Source: a virus. From it: a DNA stretch of 64,000 nt. The notes below the pieces were generated by a model, which saw nothing but the letters and a program-made list of their open reading frames with translations, was not told where the DNA came from and made no database searches. Shown one piece after another: positions 56,197 through 64,000 of the stretch; position 1 is the first letter of the stretch; each line of letters begins with the position of its first letter. A program made the translations under genes and the position numbers. The stretch lies in IMG/VR virus record IMGVR_UViG_3300029258_002996; one strand, given 5' to 3'.

Positions 56197-58119
56197 TTAG
56201 CTCAGAGTCCTCGCGCGCCCGAGCCTTTTCCCGAGCGCGGTACCTCCACTAAGAGCCTCACGGACTGTGTTGTTTGACATCCTTTTCGCGGGCATAGAGG
56301 TCGAGGATGCCCTCTTCGATTTCGTAAAATTCCCCTCGGCGGCGTCCCTCCGAACTCGGGCGGAACGTCGATTCCGGGAACTTGACTTCGCGATATGTGA
56401 AACTTCGCCACCAACCGGAACGGGGGCGAGTTCTTTCAGATCGGCTTCCACATCGGTCAGGTAGTCATCACTCTTTTCGAGTAAATCAGCAGCTTTCGAC
56501 AACAGTCGACCAACGAACTGATCATGACCTTCAGATGCAATAAGCTCGGTAAGCTCGACTGCGGTTCCGAGATCCATCGAAGCGTACTTCTCGCCGCTCG
56601 AAAACGAAATGTCACCAGCAGTCAGCACGTCGACTACCGCAACCTTCATCGGATGCTCATCGTGATTGAGAGCCATCCGAGCTGCGGCAATCCGAATCGC
56701 TCGCGTGAATTTTCGAATGAACGCTTCTTTCTCCGCCGCGATGTGTTTCTCCGCGCGCTTCTTGTAAAGATCGCGCAGATTTCTCGCAGTGGAGTGGCGA
56801 ATGTCGTCATCAGCTTCAGAAAGAACGTCGTTCGAAGGTTTGGGCTCGGGGGCCTGCTCGTCGTTGACAGCTTCGTCCTGGGTATTTCCGGAGGGCTTGG
56901 TCGGCTGCCCGTCCTTCGTAACGTTCTCCGCCATTTCGAGAATATCCCTGCCACTCTTCGTCGCCTTGAATCTCGCCCGGGACTTGGCAAGAGCTTTCTT
57001 CTTTTCGCCCGATTTGATCATGTCCGTCTTGACATCCGTAACGGTCGGCGGTTTCTCTCGGGTATCCACCTCGTTCCCCGGAAGAGACGAATCGGAATCG
57101 TCAGTGTGCTGCTCCTGCGCGTCAGTTTCGGAATCCGACAAAATACCCTCGGACTTCGGAGCGACTTCTTTGTCCGAATCCAGCTCGACACCTTCGTCCA
57201 CGCCCGCAGTGCGGAGCAATTTGGTATTGCAGAGCTGCGCAGCCACCTTGAAGCCTTTGTATACGGCGACGCCGTACACCTTGTTCGCCAATCTGCGAAG
57301 GGCTTCGAGATCCCGCTTGACCGCAGCATGCGGCTCCGCATAGAAAACAGGGCCGTAGTCTTCGTGCTGCGCGACTAGGTTCCTTTCGGGAGTGATTGCG
57401 ATTTTGATTTTCTTCGCTCTAGCGGTAGCCATCAAATCTCCTGTCGTCACTTCGGCCTCCTCGACGCCCATTTCGGCAGCAGAGATCTCGGACTCTTCCT
57501 TTTCCTTTTTCTTGTCTTGAAGAGTTCGAATATCCTTTCTTCCACGCTCCTGATCCATTGCCCTGCGAATCAGCTCACGACGGGCTTCCTTCATCTCGTC
57601 CGGCTTTTCGCCGTTTTTCGTCTCGTCCTTCTCGTCCTTCTCGTCCTTTTTCCCAGGACCTTTTTTAGAGCCCTCTCCCAGACCTTTCTCCTTTTTCGGA
57701 GGAAATCCCGAGGGTGGGGTAACGCCCTTCAGATCGATGTCCTTCTTATCTCCCCCGTCTTCTTTTTCCTCGCTCTTCTCCTCGGAACGGAACTCCTGGG
57801 TCTTTCCCTCGATGTCCTCGATAATCTCCTCTTCACGCTCTTCGTGCCCCTCGCTCTCGATAATCCCCTTGTCCTTCAGAAAATCGGCGACATACGTGAA
57901 AGCTTCGTCAGCATCCTTGGCATCTCGGAGCTTCTCCAAGATTTCCTCGAACCCCTCCGGAGTCTTCATCGCGGTCTTATTGCGAATCGATCTTTTGATA
58001 AGATCCGCAGTTTCCGCCTCGATCTGACGACGCTCCTGCGGGGTCAGATCCACCGTCCCGGCATCGTGAAGATTTTTAACTGTGGTGAAAAGCTGGATTC
58101 TTTCGAGGGGATTGGCCAT
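56197..58119 (-). CDS. Putative scaffolding protein
   Basis: 640 aa, highly charged low-complexity, between protease and capsid genes. Confidence 0.6.
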   Translation of the reverse strand: MANPLERIQLFTTVKNLHDAGTVDLTPQERRQIEAETADLIKRSIRNKTAMKTPEGFEEILEKLRDAKDADEAFTYVADFLKDKGIIESEGHEEREEEIIEDIEGKTQEFRSEEKSEEKEDGGDKKDIDLKGVTPPSGFPPKKEKGLGEGSKKGPGKKDEKDEKDETKNGEKPDEMKEARRELIRRAMDQERGRKDIRTLQDKKKEKEESEISAAEMGVEEAEVTTGDLMATARAKKIKIAITPERNLVAQHEDYGPVFYAEPHAAVKRDLEALRRLANKVYGVAVYKGFKVAAQLCNTKLLRTAGVDEGVELDSDKEVAPKSEGILSDSETDAQEQHTDDSDSSLPGNEVDTREKPPTVTDVKTDMIKSGEKKKALAKSRARFKATKSGRDILEMAENVTKDGQPTKPSGNTQDEAVNDEQAPEPKPSNDVLSEADDDIRHSTARNLRDLYKKRAEKHIAAEKEAFIRKFTRAIRIAAARMALNHDEHPMKVAVVDVLTAGDISFSSGEKYASMDLGTAVELTELIASEGHDQFVGRLLSKAADLLEKSDDYLTDVEADLKELAPVPVGGEVSHIAKSSSRNRRSARVRRDAAEGNFTKSKRASSTSMPAKRMSNNTVREALSGGTALGKRLGRARTLS

Positions 58120-58130
58120 CGGATCGTCTC

Positions 58131-59048
58131 CTAACCTTGCGTCATCGCTGAGTTAATCAGCTTCGCCAGCGACTCTGGAATCTCTTGGGGGAACCTTGCC
58201 ACAAAGGAAGAAATCTCACGGATATCCGAAGCTGTCAATCTATTTAAAGATATCGGATCTCGATCCGCGATCTGTAGAAGTCCCTCCTGGACTTCTGCGG
58301 ACTTGTCAGCCGGATCGTCAACTCCGGACAGCTCGGCAAATATCGTGCCTAAGCACCATTCGAAAGCTCGCCGACGACCGCCCCCTTCAATGGGATAGGC
58401 GGTCTTTGCCAACTTGCCGCGAACGTGATCACAAAATTGGAAGGTGTTCGTAGCGACACGTTTGCAGATGGAACATTCGGTAGATTCGACATCGCAGCCC
58501 ATCGAGAATCGGTAAACCGACCCCGTCTTGTAAGCTTCCGCGAGAGACGGATCCTTCGTGGTATCCATCGCAATGAGGCACTCTACAAACTCATCGTTGG
58601 TGGGAACCCGACCAGTTGCCTCGGACACGGCCTCCTTGACCAGGTCGTTCGCGGGATTCGCATCGTTGTAGTGAGTATCGAGCACTACGCCCCGAGAAAG
58701 GGCGTAGTTGGCGGAATTGTGATTCACGAAATGCGGCTTGAGAAGGTAGGTCTGGTACACCCTTCGAGCGACAGTGGGTTCGAACCGAAGCAGCTCGTCG
58801 CGCCGCCAAGCGTCCATATTTTCGTTCGGGCGATCCGCTGAATTCGCCCGAACCGGGATGAGAATATAATCCTCCGGATCGCGAGAGATCAAGTAGGCAT
58901 CCGCGACACTGTCGAGAGCGGCTTCGATATTGATCGAGCCGCCACCGTCCATGTAAAATGACGAGATCTTTTTCCGGGACGCCTTCTTCCACGATCCGTT
59001 CGACTGGAATCCCAAGACAGGGAGATGTGCTGTTTTTCGAAAGCCCAT
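58131..59048 (-). CDS. Putative prohead protease (zinc-ribbon type)
   Basis: PNENMDAW, PHFVNH, FSMGC...CSIC...CDH, FAELSGVDDPAD. Confidence 0.72.
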   Translation of the reverse strand: MGFRKTAHLPVLGFQSNGSWKKASRKKISSFYMDGGGSINIEAALDSVADAYLISRDPEDYILIPVRANSADRPNENMDAWRRDELLRFEPTVARRVYQTYLLKPHFVNHNSANYALSRGVVLDTHYNDANPANDLVKEAVSEATGRVPTNDEFVECLIAMDTTKDPSLAEAYKTGSVYRFSMGCDVESTECSICKRVATNTFQFCDHVRGKLAKTAYPIEGGGRRRAFEWCLGTIFAELSGVDDPADKSAEVQEGLLQIADRDPISLNRLTASDIREISSFVARFPQEIPESLAKLINSAMTQG

Positions 59049-59080
59049 GATTTTGATACAATAATCCGTTCGTTAACTGG

Positions 59081-59111
59081 ATATTATAGATCAATATTGT
59101 TTTGGAAAATT
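59081..59111 (-). promoter_or_regulatory. Candidate late promoter (head operon)
   Basis: AATTTTCCAA-11 nt-TCTATAATAT. Confidence 0.6.
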
Positions 59112-59129
59112 AAAGAGGTTAAAAGATTT

Positions 59130-59450
59130 TTACGAGATCAGATATTCCCGGATCGCGGAATCCACTTCTGCGTGAATATTTTGAAGATTTCGGGATTCCC
59201 CCCGTTTCCACGGGCCAACACATAGTTGATCAAGGACGATCTCAATCCACTCAAACTCGTGAGGACCTTGTCGATGAACTCGGACAGCGTCCTCCTCCCG
59301 AGAAAATTTGAGACTCGCCTTTGCGCATACAGCCTCGAAAGCTTTGCGGAAGGCTTCGCTGCGAGAGCGACAATAAAACGTTCCGTTTCGGTAGTCATGG
59401 ACAACCACCGCCACCGGAGAATCGTTAGATTCTATCGGAAAATATCTCAC
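59130..59450 (-). CDS. Hypothetical protein
   Basis: 106 aa, GTGA overlap with upstream small ORF. Confidence 0.55.
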   Translation of the reverse strand: MRYFPIESNDSPVAVVVHDYRNGTFYCRSRSEAFRKAFEAVCAKASLKFSREEDAVRVHRQGPHEFEWIEIVLDQLCVGPWKRGESRNLQNIHAEVDSAIREYLIS

Positions 59451-59557
59451 TTCTTCTTCGGCTTCTCTTCGGACTTTTTCTTGGATTTCTTACCGGTATC
59501 GACAGGGACCGGATCCTTCGCCAATGGCTTTGCTTCCCCAGTTTTCTTAAACGACAT
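59447..59557 (-). CDS. Small Lys-rich peptide (36 aa, not in ORF track)
   Basis: MSFKKTGEAKPLAKDPVPVDTGKKSKKKSEEKPKKK; fills the gap exactly. Confidence 0.55.
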   Translation of the reverse strand: MSFKKTGEAKPLAKDPVPVDTGKKSKKKSEEKPKKK

Positions 59558-59559
59558 CT

Positions 59560-60633
59560 CTACTTCACCTTCTCCCCCGTTTTCAAATCCCAATAACTTC
59601 CGCGATGTTTTGCAACGCGCCGACCTGAGATAAAATACACGTCTTTTCCTTCGAGATCGGCCAAGGGGAGCGAACTCTCCCCAGTCTCTTCTCGAACAAA
59701 TGCTTTCAAAAACTCCACAGGACCGGCAAGATCCACATAGCTGTTATGGACGATGAGAATATCCTTGTTTTGAAAAGCTACGATTCCTTCCGTGTTTTCT
59801 CGTTTCACATCCATGTCAGACAGATACTTTGGAAGATTCGTAAACGTGATTTTCTTCACGCCAGTAGTCGCGACCTGATCAAAAATATTGCGCTTCATTT
59901 CTACGGGGACGTTCGACATTTCAACGCCTTGATGAAGCGCTTTCGAAAGGTTCAGATGATCGCTCAACACCCCGTCGTAAAACTCCCGATGAATGATCGG
60001 GAACCACTGACACGAGCAGTACGGGTGGACCGGAAAATCTCCGCCACTGAATAGATTGATCAAAGGTCGAACTTCGAAGAACAGCCCGTGGTGAGCCTCG
60101 CAGAGCGGACAGCCGTCAGATGGGATAAACTTTGCGAACTGAATGCCCATGTTGTCATAGGCCATCAGCGTGGCAACACTGGAGATAGCGAAGTAATCGG
60201 TGAGCTTTCTCTGTAAGTAATCAACGACGTACAAATCATTATCATCTAAAATAAGATCCTCCTCACGAAGGGGGACATCCCCCATGAAGGAAGACTTGAT
60301 ATCCAGGAATCCAAAAATATCGAACGCAGCCTTCTTCGACAAAGAGAATAATTTAACAAAAGCTTCCTCGTCTCGAACATCTACCTTATCAAGAACGAAA
60401 TCATTAAGATCATCCTCGGCTCGAATTTCGTCGTCATTTTCTTCGGGCTTTTCGCGCAGTGACTGAACCGTATTCACGTCCGTCAACTGCCATGCAGTTG
60501 AAGGTTTGTACGTAGTTGTCGCCAATTCCTCGGAAGCATGCCCCACAAAAAAGGGGTCGAACTCCAGGAGAGCTTCCTCGTTCGGAAAAGCATCGTAGAG
60601 CTTCTGAGCGTATTTTTCGATCTCGCTACCCAT
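59560..60633 (-). CDS. Head morphogenesis protein (SPP1 gp7 / Mu gpF-like)
   Basis: CPLCEAHHG...FPVHPYCSC; follows portal. Confidence 0.65.
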   Translation of the reverse strand: MGSEIEKYAQKLYDAFPNEEALLEFDPFFVGHASEELATTTYKPSTAWQLTDVNTVQSLREKPEENDDEIRAEDDLNDFVLDKVDVRDEEAFVKLFSLSKKAAFDIFGFLDIKSSFMGDVPLREEDLILDDNDLYVVDYLQRKLTDYFAISSVATLMAYDNMGIQFAKFIPSDGCPLCEAHHGLFFEVRPLINLFSGGDFPVHPYCSCQWFPIIHREFYDGVLSDHLNLSKALHQGVEMSNVPVEMKRNIFDQVATTGVKKITFTNLPKYLSDMDVKRENTEGIVAFQNKDILIVHNSYVDLAGPVEFLKAFVREETGESSLPLADLEGKDVYFISGRRVAKHRGSYWDLKTGEKVK

Positions 60634-60652
60634 GTCTCTATAATACCATTCC

Positions 60653-62491
60653 CTAACCAGCCGTGGTCGGCAAACCGCCCCCCGAAGGGGCTTCGATGGT
60701 ATCGTTCAACGGCCCCGTAGATTCTGCACTTCCGGGAGGCGCACTCTCGTCTGTCATGTCCTTGCCCGCAGCAGCAGGGGGCTTCCCAGCAGCTCCCGGA
60801 GGTTTGGCTCCGGCGCCAGGGGTTCCTGGAGGTGTTGGCTTGGCCGGTTGGTTCTGCTGAATGTACTGCTGAGCCAGCTCTTTCCCGAGCGTCTTTTCGA
60901 TGTGCTCGCGATCCTCCTTGAACTCGTGAAGACTCTTTTCCAGCTCCTCCTTGTAATCGAGGCCCACGGCACCGGCAGCGGTCGACTTAGATACCGGAAT
61001 CTGGAAAGCGTCCTTGAGCGCCTTGTACGCCTGGAGAACATCGGTGTCGACGCTGGGATCCAGCTTGTTCTTCCACTTGACCGTGGGCATGATGAGGAGA
61101 CGTTCCTCCTCGATTTCCTGAGCGGTGCGCTTGATTCGATACCTGTGGTTCACCTCGGACGGTGTCGAAGTCGTCCACTCGTTGATCTCCGAAATCGGCC
61201 TGAAGAACTTGGGGTACAGCCAAACCGTCTCCAGGTACTGACGAAGCGAAAGGAGGCGTCGGAGAAAGACTTGAAGACCGCTCTTCGCACTGGCGAAGGT
61301 CTGCTCTCCCGACATAAAAGATTTGGACAAACCCAGACCGAGCAGCTTCACGCGCTCAATTACATCGTGGTACTTATTAATATTTACTTCTCGGTCTTGA
61401 GCGCCCCAAGCCTCGAAGTTTATCCCGTAATGATAGATTAACCAACTGGCCGGGTCCACCTCGATTCGGTTGAGCATTTCTAATAATTTTGCTTCAGAAC
61501 CCGGAGCCGGGATCCACCCACTGGCGGGATCCCCGAGTTTTAAAACTTTTACGGGGGCCGCGCTACGTCTAAATATGGCAATCGTCGAATTGTATACCGC
61601 GTCCTCCACCATGAATATTCTCCAGAGGCGGCTCGCGATGGAGGTTCCCCTGATCTCGTAGGGGTGGAGTTTCCGGGCAATGAACGAACAGTTCAACGAA
61701 GAGAGTCGAATCGGCTGCCGAGCCAGAATTTTACTCACGAACTCCTGGGGCAGATGCCTCTTCAGCTCTTGAGATTCTCGGGATCCATCCGACAAGAGCC
61801 GACGTAGATTGTCGTCAGGGACAAAGTTGAGGATCGGCTCCATGTCGATGATCGGGCTGTCGAGCACCTCGATATAGTCGGGGTTGTGGAACCCGATGTA
61901 CGTCCAGATACCCAGCTCGTCGTCGAAGAAATTGTGGGGAATCGCCTCTCCCACGGATAGGTACTCTCGCACGATGTACTTCAACCGATCAATCAGGTTC
62001 ACCTTCTCGCACATGTACTCCAAAGTTCTCTTGATCTCGACAGACTCCTTGGCATCTCCGAGCACGATGTCGTAATCCGAGACGAGCATATCCGCGTACA
62101 TGTCGATAGCGGTACCGAACAGAGGGTCGAGCCGGTGAAAAAGACGCCAGTCCTCGTTAGCTTCGATTCGGCTCCGTGGGTACTGAACTCGGTCTGGGGA
62201 TTCCACCTGCGGCAGATAGGGACGCTGCATGTGGTAGAACGTGCTTCCACCGCCTCCTCCGCCGCCGTAAGGGGTTACCCCGTAGGGCATACCCCCCGAG
62301 AATACCCCCGCCCCTCCAGAAGCGTGTCGACGGCCTCCTACGGACAATGTGGCCCCAGCGGGTAGAACGCTCGCCGCGATCTCCCGCTGCTGGTAGCTGG
62401 GATCCCCGAGATTCACAAGACGGGGTTTGAAGCTCCCCATTGATCTGCGCCGTCTAGGCACGAAACTATCCATCGGTTTTTTCCTTCGCAT
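60653..62491 (-). CDS. Portal protein
   Basis: DPLFGTAIDMY, REYLSVGEAIP, RGTSIASR, LKLGD, Pro-rich tail; first gene of head module. Confidence 0.8.
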   Translation of the reverse strand: MRRKKPMDSFVPRRRRSMGSFKPRLVNLGDPSYQQREIAASVLPAGATLSVGGRRHASGGAGVFSGGMPYGVTPYGGGGGGGSTFYHMQRPYLPQVESPDRVQYPRSRIEANEDWRLFHRLDPLFGTAIDMYADMLVSDYDIVLGDAKESVEIKRTLEYMCEKVNLIDRLKYIVREYLSVGEAIPHNFFDDELGIWTYIGFHNPDYIEVLDSPIIDMEPILNFVPDDNLRRLLSDGSRESQELKRHLPQEFVSKILARQPIRLSSLNCSFIARKLHPYEIRGTSIASRLWRIFMVEDAVYNSTIAIFRRSAAPVKVLKLGDPASGWIPAPGSEAKLLEMLNRIEVDPASWLIYHYGINFEAWGAQDREVNINKYHDVIERVKLLGLGLSKSFMSGEQTFASAKSGLQVFLRRLLSLRQYLETVWLYPKFFRPISEINEWTTSTPSEVNHRYRIKRTAQEIEEERLLIMPTVKWKNKLDPSVDTDVLQAYKALKDAFQIPVSKSTAAGAVGLDYKEELEKSLHEFKEDREHIEKTLGKELAQQYIQQNQPAKPTPPGTPGAGAKPPGAAGKPPAAAGKDMTDESAPPGSAESTGPLNDTIEAPSGGGLPTTAG

Positions 62492-62942
62492 CGAGTCCAG
62501 TGATAAAGTCTAGCAGAGGAGAATAGTCGAGTGCTTTACCTCGATCTGGAATTTTTTCGAAAGGTATCGGCAAGAGATCCAGTTCGATTTCCCGCTGACC
62601 CAAGACATCCGCTTCAAGCTTGTGCTTGCACCGCTCCTCGAATACTTTAGGATATTTTTCATATAGAGCATCCAAGGCGGTTCCGTATCCTAAGACATCT
62701 CCCCGAAAAGTACGCTCCAGCTTCGTCCTCTCCACAGCAAACTGGTAGAACTCTGGGGAAACGTCCAACTGCTCCTCAGTCGGAAACCTCACGTCGGACA
62801 CGTAATCCTGATACGCTCGCTTAACCGTGCGGTAGTTGCGAGCGATCAGAATCATGAAGGATTTTTCGAGTTCGAGTCCGGAAATGCGAGCCAAGGCTCG
62901 TTCCGCCTCCTGAAGATCGCCATTCCGGAACCTCACCTTCAT
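62466..62942 (-). CDS. Hypothetical helical protein (paralog of upstream gene)
   Basis: MKVRFRN...IARNYRTVK vs MKVKN...LARNKNKIK. Confidence 0.55.
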   Translation of the reverse strand: MKVRFRNGDLQEAERALARISGLELEKSFMILIARNYRTVKRAYQDYVSDVRFPTEEQLDVSPEFYQFAVERTKLERTFRGDVLGYGTALDALYEKYPKVFEERCKHKLEADVLGQREIELDLLPIPFEKIPDRGKALDYSPLLDFITGLDAKEKTDG

Positions 62943-63547
62943 TTCGAGGAGTCTTCCTTTTTGGACTTTTCGGACTTGGAGGGAGACGCATTCACGTCCA
63001 CATCTTCCTTGATGATCTTCAAATCATACAAGATTTCCAGATCATCCACAGTAAACAGCTCGACATCATCGGGAATGAGCGAGAGGTTGAATTTGAAAAA
63101 AGAAACCTCGGATTCCTCCTTGAGAAGCTTCTGAAATTCCTCCTCGCGAGCTTCCTGACGTTCGATAGCCTCTTTGTGTTCATCCAAGTTTCTCAGATTT
63201 TCGACTTCTTTATCGTACTCCTCTTGACGGGAATCGTCGATGAAGTACTGTATTCGGCCATCGGGAAGTCTTTTCGGAGGCTTCTTTTTCTCCCGCCCCC
63301 TATCGTCAGTAAGAATCTCGGAGTACTCCTCCGCGATCTTTCCCAAGGCTCGTTCGTACTCCCTGAAGTCCTCACCCGGGGTCGTGGCCTCGCGAATAGC
63401 CTCCAAAGGCTCTTTGATTTTGTTCTTGTTTCTCGCCAAAGCATACTTCAACTTCACGAGACCGGTGGCTTTGGACCTGGACGCGACTTGATCAAAAACA
63501 TTGATCAGTCTCTCTAGCTTGAAGAGGGTTTCATTCTTGACTTTCAT
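62939..63547 (-). CDS. Hypothetical coiled-coil protein (DUF1617-like)
   Basis: KLKYALARNKNKIK...LLKEESEV...TVDDLEIL; follows a fibre gene. Confidence 0.55.
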   Translation of the reverse strand: MKVKNETLFKLERLINVFDQVASRSKATGLVKLKYALARNKNKIKEPLEAIREATTPGEDFREYERALGKIAEEYSEILTDDRGREKKKPPKRLPDGRIQYFIDDSRQEEYDKEVENLRNLDEHKEAIERQEAREEEFQKLLKEESEVSFFKFNLSLIPDDVELFTVDDLEILYDLKIIKEDVDVNASPSKSEKSKKEDSSK

Positions 63548-63624
63548 AGGATACTCCTTTTTCCAAATATCTGTTCCCCACTACACTACCAGATTTGTAG
63601 AAAAATCGATCCTCCTGAATGATC

Positions 63625-64000
63625 TTAATGGTTCGCGCCGGTGGCTTCCGCCGTGTTGCTGGTCCCGTACTGGTTATTCGTATTCGAACCCGTCGTCGAA
63701 CCTTGGAAGGAAGTGGTGTCGTCCGCGTTTCCGATAATAGTGCTGTAATCAAAGCTAGTAACGTCGATTTTCGTCGTCCCCGTGTAACAGGTGTTTCCGA
63801 CGATTACCCAATACCTGGGTTTAGCCCCAGTACCCGCAGTGATTTTTCCAGAAATGCAAGTTTCTCCGGAAGCTACGATGATCGTGTTTGAGGAGATCAC
63901 ACCGCCATCGGCTCCGTTCGTATCCCCATCTGGGTTGTCTACGAGGATCCCGTAGCCTCCACCAGTGCCGCTCGGGTTGAAACCGCCTATGGTATTTCCC
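63625..64000 (-). CDS. Partial C-terminus of a beta-helix fibre/spike protein
   Basis: Frame open to the window edge: GNTIGG...YGILV...ISSNTI...IVGNTC...IIGN. Confidence 0.55.
   Translation of the reverse strand, partial: GNTIGGFNPSGTGGGYGILVDNPDGDTNGADGGVISSNTIIVASGETCISGKITAGTGAKPRYWVIVGNTCYTGTTKIDVTSFDYSTIIGNADDTTSFQGSTTGSNTNNQYGTSNTAEATGANH

Larger units (their letters stand above)
1..64000 (-). mobile_element. Segment of a large contractile-tailed bacteriophage genome
   Basis: Unidirectional, tightly packed genes in canonical head-neck-sheath-tube-chaperone-tape measure-baseplate-fibre order, followed by a replication module; no host operons, integrase or att site seen. Confidence 0.96.

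Noticed and set aside
1-64000. CRISPR array, tRNA or rRNA genes, introns/inteins, stop-codon recoding
   Set aside because: No spaced repeats or tRNA motifs seen by eye; genes are uninterrupted in the standard code and TAA, TAG and TGA all end genes. A dedicated scan was not run.

Overview
The window is part of a large contractile-tailed (myovirus-type) phage genome, and every credible gene lies on the minus strand. In transcription order (right to left): end of a beta-helix fibre gene; portal, gpF-like head protein, prohead protease, scaffold and major capsid protein; holin/spanin-like genes; neck; sheath; two tube paralogs; a tail-assembly chaperone with a -1 frameshift; three tandem paralogous tape-measure-like genes; baseplate; tail fibre. 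Next come an accessory block (lipoprotein moron, two ParB-like genes, radical SAM, and an intact stand-alone ribosomal protein S12 gene, rpsL) and a replication block (5'-3' exonuclease-UDG fusion, SNF2 helicase, DnaC-like loader, DnaB-like helicase, primase, putative sigma-like factor and clamp). Most notable observations: (1) a phage-borne rpsL with unusual substitutions next to the decoding loop; (2) an IscB-type PLMP/RRXRR domain as an optional N-terminal extension of the gene after the capsid, directly downstream of a structured leader whose 35-nt double-hairpin recurs over the ribosome-binding site of the tail-chaperone gene, which suggests a domesticated OMEGA-derived RNA-operator regulator; (3) the triplicated tape measure; (4) a shared N-terminal leader on three unrelated small head-region proteins. 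A deltaproteobacterial/Myxococcota-like host is a weak inference. All family assignments come from motif recognition by eye; no searches were run.
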